Assembly (NCBI GenBank): GCA_032718475.1
Contig: JAUCBJ010001540.1
Location: forward strand, 1-37,118
Reading direction: 5' to 3'
Origin: Nemertoderma westbladi
Taxonomy: Eukaryota > Animalia > Xenacoelomorpha
DNA: 37,118 nucleotides
The notes under the pieces were generated by a model that worked only from the letters and a program-made list of their open reading frames with translations, ran no database searches and was not told where the DNA came from. A program made the position numbers and the translations under genes. Positions 1 through 10,328 of the stretch are shown piece after piece. Within the stretch, counting starts at the first letter, position 1. Every line of letters starts with the position of its first letter.

Positions 1-2
1 TC

Positions 3-638
3 CAAGGATCCGAAGAATCCCTGCACATATCCTGCTGCCGACCTCTTCCAAACAGCTGGATCCATTGTATCTTTAGCCACTCCCATCCTGTGTATATCTT
101 CCCAAGTAGCCTCAGACAGATCCAAAGGGAGTCCGAGTCCGGGAAAGTTCCATTGTGATTCAACAATAGATATCAATTCTTCCCTGGCGTATCCCGCGTA
201 ATTGTCTTGGGTCGCTCGCTTATTCTTCGCCCAGTCGGCTTGATGTTCTTCAACCGCAATGAATATAGTAGTTAGCACTGCAGCAGGAAGGGTAAGAAGG
301 GGGTCCGAGTAGACTGTAGCAGCCATCTGCACTCCGCCTTCGGGGGTCAGCTCTACAGTATCCGAACTGCTGGAGCTATCGGATCGCTGGGAAGTAGGTT
401 CTTGACCAAGATGTTGCTGCGATAGGACAGCTGCCTCTTGGTTCCGTTTGACCTGCGCCCGAGTGCCTATGATGGACCTATGGTGGACTAGCCTAGGGTC
501 TGATACTACTGGAGGGATGACCTTTTTTACAGTAGGAGGTGAGCCGAACTCCTTTCTTATTCGCTCCACACTCCTATCTGAATCACAGATAGTTGTATCG
601 ATCAGACTGTCTGACAGGTTTTGCTGAGTGTCAGACAT
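3..638 (-). CDS. gag: Gag N-terminus of the left BEL/Pao element (partial, open to the window edge; absent from the ORF track)
   Basis: My translation from the ATG at 638 gives MSDTQQNLSDSLIDTTICDSD...SDTVELTPEGG...YSDPLLTLPAAVLT...VESQWNFPGLGLPLDLSEATWEDIHRMGVAKDTMDPAVWKRSAAGYVQGFF, with no stops. It aligns to the first ~210 aa of ORF 25954-28968. Confidence 0.85.
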   Translation of the reverse strand, partial: MSDTQQNLSDSLIDTTICDSDRSVERIRKEFGSPPTVKKVIPPVVSDPRLVHHRSIIGTRAQVKRNQEAAVLSQQHLGQEPTSQRSDSSSSSDTVELTPEGGVQMAATVYSDPLLTLPAAVLTTIFIAVEEHQADWAKNKRATQDNYAGYAREELISIVESQWNFPGLGLPLDLSEATWEDIHRMGVAKDTMDPAVWKRSAAGYVQGFFGSL

Positions 639-1959
639 GTTTAGCTATACAGTTGAAGGCTTACTGCTATAGTTACAGTTAAAGCAAGTCTAGTAATTCA
701 GTATAACCACTGGCCTAGTACCGGTAATTTATTGCAGTATATTAGAATACCGGTATGCACTTATAATATATATAAGTATTGTGAACTAGGTTTGTCACAG
801 AGTACCGGTATATAAATTTAGCACAGATATATATAAATATATAATAGGCCTATCGTGAATACCGGTATACAGTTTACACTTATAGTACTGTAGTATATAT
901 AAGTATAATTATGACCTAGAATTAATTACAGAGTACCGGTATGATTTCAGCTCAAATTTATAGAAATAAATATAATAAGCCTATGGTAAGTACCGGTATG
1001 TCAATTATTTTTAGAATAATTGAATTCCTGAATATTTCAGGGTTACTTAGTTACTTTAACGTACTTTATTACCGTTATTTAAGCAGTAGTCCAACTGGTA
1101 GTGAGACCTAGTTGTTGTATGACAGGCCTACTATTTATAAATCTTTTGAGTTGATTTATAATAGATATATACCCGTTTAAAAGGGGTTTTGTCAATATTT
1201 GAAATAAATGTTATTATTTCTGGGGGTCACTACACGGAAGCTGTGCGCTCTCAGTGAAGTGCTATTTATTTGACACTAAAACTGATAATTCTAATTTACC
1301 TAAGTTACTTAATACTACAAATTACTTACGATATGGGTGAGATTAATTCTCTAATTAAACACAACAAAATATTACGTACGAAATTTTTAGGGTAATTTTA
1401 CAGGAAGTCTACAAACCAGCCTAACAAAGGGTTAGAATTCTGGTTATTACAACGGACAGGGTACTACGGTATTTGAAATAATAAGTAGTAGTAAATATAT
1501 TGTACTGTCCAGATAGGAAAATACCACCGCCTGACGACCTATAACCGTATCGCTATAGGTACTACGTTATGTATCACGGATTGTTCCTACCCAGAAGCTA
1601 ATAGAGCTAACGAATGTGCCTATCAACCACTTTACAACACAGATATACTGCCTACACTAATTACTTCGGAAAGCACTGTACACTAAACCCTAAATTAGGT
1701 ACAAGTACCGGTATAACAAATAATCAGTAGTTAAATATACTTGAACAGTTAAAAGAACCACGGCATCTGCTGGAGTGACCGAAGCACAAAATCTCCAGTC
1801 TTTACCTACGCCGAGCAGCCCTGATGTAGTACCGGGGTTAGTTTAACTATAACGGTATGTATAACAAGCACAATTACTGTAGGAATAAACTTGGGGACAT
1901 GAATGTTGCGAATAATCGCATAAACTCTGAATAATAAATATTACGCTACCCGTACAGAA

Positions 1960-2505
1960 TACTCAAACAAATACAAACCAAACGCTGGCAAACTACTATC
2001 AAGCCTAAACAAACTACAGTATGTGCAGATTCTGAAACTGTTAGTTAGTATGCGTTCTAACACGGTAGTACGACTTACTCTTTAAGAGGGGATTGACCTT
2101 ACAGCTTATGGCTGCCCCAACTTACTAACGGCACTTTATCAGACCAACTCTACACACGCAGCAATCCCTTCAGACCTAAAAATAGCTAGACAACAATCCA
2201 GCCTACAAATATTTGAGTAATAACTATTACGGTACCTGAACAGACCACACAAACAAACACAGGCTAAAACACTGGCAGACTACGATCAAGCCTAAATAAA
2301 CTACAGTATATGCAGACTCTGAAACTGTTAGTTAGTATGCGTTCTAACACGGTAGTACGACTTATTCTTTAAGAGGGGATTGACCTTACCGCATATGGCT
2401 GCCCCAACTTACTAACGGCACTTTATCAGACAAACTCTACACACGCCGTAATCTCTCCAAACTCAACAACAGTCAGACAGCAGCTCAGCCTACAATTATC
2501 TGAAC
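1960..2505 (-). repeat. Tandem duplication, period 287 bp, in the leader of the left BEL element
   Basis: CTGAAACTGTTAGTTAGTATGCGTTCTAACACGGTAGTACGAC occurs at 2032 and 2319. It corresponds to the duplication at 24066-24640. Confidence 0.85.
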
Positions 2506-4045
2506 AATCTGAGCAGGGTCACACGCCTTCTGCTCAATATTAGCTTACTAGGAAATAAAACCGACAGAAATAAGTAGAATCTCAATAAAAATTCAGGGCT
2601 GCAGTCCCTGATTAAGTACTAAGACCTACCGGTATACAATAATCAAATCGAATAATACTAAATGTACTTGTACAGCAGTACCGGTACCGGTGAGGACAGT
2701 TAGGCCTACTGACCTACAGAAGTACCGGTTCAGTTTTACCAGTCACTACGGTATTTTGCAACCTTATTGCCTACTGCAATAAGATTAATAAACTGTTACT
2801 GTTCGCGCTTTTGAAGACCTTTAGCAGTTTAACCTGCCAAAATTTATATGTCTTTTAGTTAATTAAAACACCTTTAGCATACGACAACAATTTATGCTAA
2901 TACACAAAACATTAGCCGAAGTCAGCCCATGCGCGATCATTCACCCGATGGATCTACACCCGGGAGGCTGAATTCGGATGCTTAAATTTTATTATTGCAG
3001 TGTAAGGTTGCAGTGTATACCTACTGTATTATTCGATAGATCGTTAATAATTAATCTCTGACAGATATTATTGGCTTTCGGGAAATATTAACAGTTCCTT
3101 TAGGACGCGGCGCTCTATCTATTTAAACAGAACTAAGACTTATACCAAAACGCAACGATACCGCTTATGATTAAAGTATAAAGCGTATTCTTTAGGAAAT
3201 ACTTTGTTACCAATCACAATCATACACACTATTCTGCCGACCGTCAGTATATTTGATCACACATAAAGAGAGCAGTAATTGACTCATGTAGTGTCTGCTA
3301 AATAACATTAGATTCAATACACACCACATTAATATAAATCGCAATTGTTATGTATAGCCGGTCTCTCTAACCTGTAGTGTATCAAGAAAATTGGGAAATT
3401 TGGGTGATTTATCCGTATTATCCAAAGAGCAATATTTCCATCAACAAATAGATACAATTAATAACTGACAGTAAAATAATAGTACAAACAATATGATTAA
3501 TGCAGTTAAATTAAGTGAGTTAGTTAGTGAGTTCGTTCGTGAGTAGGTAGGTTGATTGATTAGATTGATCGGTAGGTGATTTAAGTTAGGTAACAGTTTA
3601 TACTTTCGATAATTTAAGCAGTTTACTAGAGTTCTTCCCAAAAAGCCGGTGTTATGGCGAAAAATGGGAACATAACAACAGAATCATATAAAATCATATG
3701 ACTACTACCACTATACGAGTATACCAAAAACTCTTATTCCACGAAGCCCCGTTCAACACAGAGGATGAGCATAGAGATAGGAAATTCAGTTCAGTAGCGC
3801 TGGGATAGGTCGAAATCAACGCCTACGCAAATTCTATTGGCCGACACGAACAGCAAGGCTAAGGCAACCTCTCTAAGCTAGTTGGCCGATTAAACTGAGC
3901 CCAGATATCTCCGTACAGCACATCAGCCAATAAGCTGGTAGCTTGCACTATTTTAGTTATAAATCCCTTTGAGAGTATTCTAGCGACTGGGGGGGAACTG
4001 GCCAGCAAAGGCAAACGTATCAGTTATCCCACAAAAGCTTTTACA

Positions 4046-5267
4046 TCAACTAAAGCCTCTCCCCAAGAAAGGAGACCACGGTATACCAATAAACTATCGT
4101 GGGATCTGTCTGCTTGTGGTATCTGCCAAAATATACAATAAAATGATTCTATATAGCTCAGATACTTGCACTATGGAGACTGATTGAAGGAATTAAGTCA
4201 AAGAATCTCCCCGCAGTCATGACTTTTGTGGACTTCAAAAAGGCATTCAACTCCATCCCTAGAGGTAAAATGCTTGAAATCCTAAGAGCTTATGGAATAC
4301 GAGAAGTAATTGTTGCTGGCATTGGATTGTTATATTGTGACACAGAAGCGCAGGTACTCTCACCAGATGGTGAAACTGAGTTTTTCTCAATCCTGGCTGG
4401 CGTACTGCAAGGTGACACATTAGCACAATTACTATTTGTAATTGTGCTGGATTACGCAATGAGGACGGCCACAAACGGTAAAGATCTGGGATTCACACTT
4501 CAAGAACGCAGAAGTAGTTGATATCCGGCAACTACAGTCACAGACACCGACTTTGCGGATGACATCGCCCTGCTCTCTAATACGCTAGCAGATGCACAGC
4601 TTCTACTAAATAAAGTGGAGAGGGCTGCTAAGGAGGTTGGATTGCATATAAATGCTACAAAGACCGAATTCATGACCTTTAATGTTGATGGAAACTTGAC
4701 AACCATTGATAATAATCAACTAAGGAAGGTCGACGACTTCTAGTACCTCGGTTCATGGATAGAGAGTATCAAAAAGGACATAGAAGTTAGGAAAGCAAAG
4801 GCTTGGGTAGCACTATCAAAAATGGATACCATCTGGAAATCAGATCTCTCCAGGCACCTGAAGACCAAGTTCTTTCGAGCCACAGTGGAAAGTGTATTTT
4901 TATACGGGGGTGAGACCTGGACACTGACTAAATCACTTGAACAACGAATTGATGGTTGCTACCCAAGACTACTAAGGGCAGCCCTAAACATCAGCTGGAG
5001 ACAACACATGACAAACGCCGAGCTTTATGGTCCAATACCGCATGTATCAACCACCCTCCGTGAACGAAGATTAAGATTCAGTGGGCACTTTTCTGGCAAC
5101 CAACTTATGGAAAGCGTAGTCGTGGACGACCGGCCATAACATATAGATCAACTTGAAAGGGATACTGAACTTGGGAGAAACGAAATTGCGACAACTATGG
5201 AGAATCGGGAAGCATGGAAGGATCTCATTTCCACTGTCCGAGTTCGCTCGACCTAGTAGTAGTAGTA
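4046..5267 (+). pseudogene. RTE-clade non-LTR retrotransposon, decayed RT and 3' end; cut at its 5' side by the BEL element
   Basis: Translation gives PLPKKGD..NYRGICLL..AKIYNKMIL, then a short deletion, IAQILAL.RLIE...FVDFKKAFNS, GVLQGDTLA, TDFADDIALL, F*YLGS, FRATVESVFLYGGETWTLT and RERRLRFSGH. In-frame stops at 4519 and 4741. (TAG)n tail at 5254-5267. Confidence 0.9.
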
Positions 5268-5494
5268 CTTTCGACCAAATATACCTATGGTACTGTATAC
5301 TGTGGTACTCAATACAACAATAATAATACAATAATTAATTAAGTTTTTTAGTTAAAATCCCCCCCCCCCCCCGCCCCTGGATACTCCCATGCTGTAAAAC
5401 ATTATTACATTAAATTTTCGAACCTTTCTCATCTGCACGTAAACACCATATAATAATATTGATAATGATTCCCTATGTAAAACCAAGACAATAG

Positions 5495-5630
5495 ATTAGC
5501 CGTAACGCGACAATTAGCCGTAACGCGACTTTTTGAGTAGCCGTACCGCGACTTTCAAAGTCGCGTTACGGCTACTCTGAAAATTAGCCGTAACGCGAAT
5601 TTCCGTAACGCGACATTAGCCCTACCGCCA
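5495..5630. repeat. Cluster of TTAGCCGTAACGCGAC motifs around a 43-bp palindrome; probable DNA-transposon/MITE remnant
   Basis: About seven direct or inverted motif copies. 5535-5555 and 5557-5577 form 21-bp inverted arms with one mismatch and a 1-nt spacer. Confidence 0.6.
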
Positions 5631-5659
5631 CTGCGCCCTTTGCTGGGGTAATGATAAAT

Positions 5660-5718
5660 AAAAGCGCTTTGAGAATGCCGAGTGTAGAAAAGCGCTATAT
5701 AAATAATAAATATTATTA
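5660..5718 (+). mobile_element. Short 3'-terminal fragment of an L2-type LINE/SINE
   Basis: AAAGCGCTTTGAG...GAAAAGCGCTATATAAAT followed by TA-rich repeats resembles the L2-type 3' stem-loop as I recall it; no search was run. Confidence 0.5.
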
Positions 5719-6629
5719 GAATACCGTCAGGGTTTCTTGCTGTCAAAAAAAAAACGTCACGGTGTGCATGTGTGTGTGTGTGTTTGGTTTGGTCTGTTAA
5801 AATTATGCTCATGCTGTATACAAATAGCACAGGTCGATTCACCGTGTCCCATTCTCACAATGTTTTTATTTTATTCGAGTGTTTAATATAAAGATGTATG
5901 ATTATTTATTGATTAAAAATTAAATAGTGTATAAATATGTAATATCCCCTCACGCAGCCTCAACTTTGCCTATGGTAGTGAATGGGGAAGGATTTTCTCT
6001 GTATCATACTGTAGCAACGTTGTATAATTATTTAACTCTAGCTACCTGGGAAGACAGGTAGTAAGCTGGCTGGAGTGTTGAGTGTGTCTCAGCTCTCAGT
6101 CTCAGTAAATCCAATGGTTGGGGTGGGTTGTCTGTTGCGAACTGGTCATGACATTAATTATGCTTTATCCAAGGCTACATGGAGGCAGAGGTTTACATAT
6201 TGATTGTGATTGATATTTGATTGGGGATTCGATTATCATTTAGTTTTTCGGTTTTGTTGTCTTATAGACGGTCTTCTTATATCTGGCTTTCTAGTTATTA
6301 TTATTATTATTATAATTATAACTGTAGTCATTTTACATTGTTTTGGTTAGAAAAGCCTGCACATGTAACCTGCTCATATCCTTTCCATGTGCTATTAAAC
6401 CTCAACTATTATTACTCCAGGAATTATATTTTTGATCATGTTTCCCTTCCACAACTGGTCACAATGGTTTTTCCAAGTATTGTTACATTTCGATGTTTGT
6501 TTTTTATGAATATATCAGACGATGTTTGTATTATTATAAGTCAAAATATACTTAAGTAAACTGAATTGCATAATGTGGTTTTTAAATGAGAATTACATAA
6601 ATATTAAAGATATTGAAGTTAAATATCAG

Positions 6630-8025
6630 CAGCCGGTTCCACCAACTCTCACTAACAAGTTAGTGCCACTATCCGCTTAGGGTGGTGTTGTGGCACTAAG
6701 ATAAGTGGCACTTAATTAAACTGTCCCACCACGACCACTAACCCTATGCTTAGTGGCACTTACTGCCTCCCTAAAAGCAGCACTAAGCTTATTTTATTTC
6801 AAACAAAGCTGTTTCCTGGGTGATTTATCATAATCATTAAAAATACTGCAGGTACTGTAGATGGCTGGATACGTGGATACATGTTAGGTGGGGTGTGTGT
6901 TGGGGGGTGGGTGGGGGGTTAACATGTAATAGTTTTGTATTCATTTGGAGTTTGTTAATTATTAGTGTCGGCACTTATTTTTCTATTATCAATTGCGTAA
7001 TTATAGTTGAATATTCTCATATTTAGTTGATGGAATCATTTGCCGTGAGTTATAATTTCTAAGATTATCAATACTAAGTAGATTTTTAAGACATGCCGAA
7101 GGTTAATTTTATCGGTAGCCATTCATTTACTTTATGTTGTCTTACAATTTATTGAACCATGTTATTGTAAATTTATTGAAAATACTCAGTCAAATTTCTA
7201 TTATTATAATTAATTATGTAATTTAAACTCATGTCAAATTATATTATCTTGAGTAATAACTTATTTTCAATAATGTTATTGCTTATAACATCTACAACAG
7301 GATGAGTTCAGCGTCATTTGTGTGGGCCGCAAGGATGGGAAACATATGTGGGAATGTATGGAAATTTTAAGAGAGATATTCTCTTCCTCAATCGGGATTA
7401 CAGTAGTTGCAGAATGAGACTCGTCGTGTGACGCAGGATAATTGTTGGGCGATGCAAGATAGTTTTGAGAATAATTATACCTAATCATATATAAATGGAT
7501 TTCCTTTGTTATTTTTGTGTGTTAATATGGGGGCGAAATAACAATTACGACTAACGAGTAATATAATATATAGAATAAATAGTAAGTAAATTGTAAATAA
7601 ATATTTAAAAATATATAATAACAAATTTTAATTTAATTAAAATTGACACCTTCGAAAATAAAAAAAAAAACAATCTAGTAAAGTGTATAAAGTAAAATGT
7701 ATACATGTAAAGTGGAAATAATGTATGTAAAGTGGTGTACAGTACATACAGTATGATAAGGTTCAATCAAAACAAATGAAATATATTTGTAATCAATCGC
7801 AAGTAAAAATATTCGAATCCGACCAACAAAAGTAAATTCAGCAGTTAGTGTAGCATTTAGGGATATCTAGAGGTCCCTAAGCAAATCGCACTAACGTGTT
7901 AGTGGCACTTACAGTTGTTAGTGAGCTTGGTGGAACAGGCTAAGTCATAAGGGTGGCTCAGGTTAGTGGCACTAAGCAGTTAACACTAATATTAAGCAGT
8001 TAGTGAGAGTTGGTGGAATCGGCTG
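6630..8025. mobile_element. Non-autonomous PIF/Harbinger-type DNA transposon (~1.4 kb)
   Basis: 27-bp TIRs CAGCCG(G/A)TTCCACCAACTCTCACTAAC at 6630-6656 and 7999-8025, one mismatch. 3-bp TSD CAG at 6627-6629 and 8026-8028. Subterminal 9-bp palindromes AGTG(G/C)CACT at both ends. No transposase ORF. Confidence 0.85.
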
Positions 8026-8065
8026 CAGAATGGTAGAATAGCAGCACTACAACTAAGTTAAGTCG

Positions 8066-8078
8066 GTTGCCTAGTTAC
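8066..8078. promoter_or_regulatory. Candidate RFX X-box upstream of B9D1
   Basis: GTTGCCTAGTTAC is one mismatch from GTNRCC-N(0-3)-RGYAAC and lies ~1 kb upstream of a ciliary gene's ATG. Confidence 0.45.
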
Positions 8079-9059
8079 AGTACCAAACATGTGAAATAGG
8101 AGTGTTTGCTGAGATTTCAATTTTCTTAGTGCAGTACAGCAGTAACATGTAGGCTACGGTTACCGGTACTGCGGTACTTAACACGCACATTCATCAGCAA
8201 TAACCCCATCTTAAAGTTAATTCAAATCAAATTTATTATTCCAATGTCAAAAACAGTTAGTAGGAAATTACAAAGTTTTAGTCTTATTTATAATAAAAAA
8301 TGAATACATTCAAATAATTTTAAAAAAGTACCGGTACGGTAATAAAATGTTTACACTATTTAAATCCACCTTACCATACATACCGGACCGGTTCGTAAAA
8401 TCTTTAAATTCTTGTACAACTTTAGTGTTCACTTCCCTGCCTAAATATATTTGCACTCACCAAAACCACTTTCTGACTTGGGTTATCATTCTGACACTGT
8501 TCACGTAATGCTGCAGTGACGTAAACTATTCAACGGTAGGGCCTACCCTAGTGCACGCCCTACGGCACTTATTTTTGTTTTGTTATTTACAGTGTGTATT
8601 TTTTGGTTAGGCACGGCTCACCTATTTTTATTGCACTTGAATTTAACTTATCCGTCCAGTCAGTAACTCGCAGTAGATTAGGCTCTATTTAGGGCTTCAC
8701 TGTGTTATAGGCCTACTACTGTACTACAAACCATGAAACCAACCAGGCTGAATTAGATGGGTTAAGTACAAAAACTTTTAATATTAAAGATTATTCGAGG
8801 TTGAACATTTTTTCTTTAGGTTTAGTTTAATGGTCAGCAGGCTTCAGACCCTACACCCTAATTATATCTTCCCAAAATACACAAATTACCGTTTAACATT
8901 GTACAGTATATTATGTTCATGTTACTTTTTATTGTTTGTTAGTTTTGCATATTTCAGTAAAAGGTATATAAACGGTATTTATATAAACTTCATCCAATGT
9001 AGTGTCGATAAATCTACGATTTGTATAACAACCGCGGTAGAAATATAATCAATAAAACA

Positions 9060-9297
9060 ATGAGTTCCGCGTCTCAGTCGTTCCTATTGATGGTCAGCGG
9101 ACAAATAGAAACTGGATGGTTTCCCGAATTCGACGACATTTATTGCAAATACAACTTCGTTTACGGGCAGGACTGGGTAATAACGACGGGGTTAGAGGAG
9201 GGTATAACGCAAATAACGAAGAAGAGTAAAGACGAACGACAAACATTCGTGTGGAACTTCCCACTCGATGTCACATTCAAGTCGACAAATCCTTTCG
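9060..9297 (+). CDS. B9D1: B9 domain-containing protein 1 (MKS transition-zone module), coding exon 1
   Basis: [56 protein letters not shown]...[17 protein letters not shown] matches the B9D1/MKSR-1 N-terminal half. Phase-1 donor G|GTACGA at 9298. Confidence 0.95.
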
Positions 9298-9814
9298 GTA
9301 CGAGACATTTTCGGTACAAATTACCTTTCTCTACAAATTAAGAACTTTGGTATAATAAAAGCATAGTTATTTCTTACAAACTACGAGTTTTCTCACCCAT
9401 TAGTAAAACTTACGTACATTATATTCTGTTAAATTATTATCTTCATTTTTTTCCTCAGTAATATTTTTTCTTCTCAGTAATAAATGTTTGCTTAACTGCT
9501 TCACATGCTAATGATGCTCTAGATGGTAATATCCCGTAAACTTCCTGTCCCCATACCCATAGGCCTATATTGTATTGTATTTACCCCTGGGAGGATGCCC
9601 TTAGTAGCCTCATAATGGTACTTTATTTTCTTCAAGCATAGCCTCTAGTACCTAGGGATGGTAAATATTCCTCATAATAATATTACTTTATATTCCCCTT
9701 ATAAAATTGTTACTTTATATTCTCCCGATTAATATTACTTTATATAATACTATAAAGTCACTGAATAATGTTACTTTATATCCCCCCTAATAATATAACT
9801 TTTTATGCCCCCAG

Positions 9815-10200
9815 GATGGCCTCAACTCGTAGTCAGTCTCTACGGGCTGGACGCCATGGGCTCCGAGGTTGTCCGGGGTTACGGGGCGACTCACATCCCA
9901 ATCACCCCGGGGTCCCACCGTCGCGAGGTCCCTCTCTTCGTTCCGGAGAGCTCCTCGGCCTTCCAGAAGTTCATGGCCTGGATTCTGGGCCGACGGCCGG
10001 AGTTCACCGACCCCCGGGTGGTCGCCCAGTCCGAGGGGCGGGAGGTTATACGGACCCGGTCGCAGGGCAAACTGGTGGTCACCTTCAATACCGTCGGACG
10101 CGATATGAAGAAACTGGGCTATGACGTCAGCCCTTCGGAACTCGGAACTATTTCCGGTAACACGGCCGTAGCCATGGCAACGTATAAATCCTCGACGTAA
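9815..10200 (+). CDS. B9D1: B9 domain-containing protein 1, coding exon 2 (to stop)
   Basis: Acceptor CCCCCAG|GA ends at 9814. Splicing gives [18 protein letters not shown]...[11 protein letters not shown]...[39 protein letters not shown]...DMKKLGYD. The spliced CDS is 624 nt (207 aa plus TAA). Possible ATTAAA at 10277. Confidence 0.95.
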
Positions 10201-10328
10201 GACCATATAGGCAAGGTTTTATGTTTATGTTAATAATATAGCTGTTAATATTGTCCTTTTATTTTGTATTTATTATATTAAATTATTTGAATTAGATCAG
10301 TGAATATGAAAATTCTATCTTTAAGGTT

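Larger units (their letters stand above)
1..4045 (-). mobile_element. BEL/Pao LTR retrotransposon, 5' portion (5' LTR start, ~3.4-kb LTR plus leader, start of gag); runs off the left edge
   Basis: The reverse complement is colinear with 22608-~26590. Both begin TGTAAAAGC(T/C)TTTG (here ending at 4045) and share long leader blocks (e.g. CGGTCACTCCAGCAGATGCCGTGGTTCTTTTAACTGTTCAAGTATATTTAACTACTGATTAT) and the gag N-terminus. The boundary cuts RTE RT coding sequence at 4046. Confidence 0.85.

Noticed and set aside
9768-10206. Overlapping alternative and antisense ORFs across B9D1 exon 2
   Set aside because: Shadow ORFs of a GC-rich exon with no recognisable motifs.
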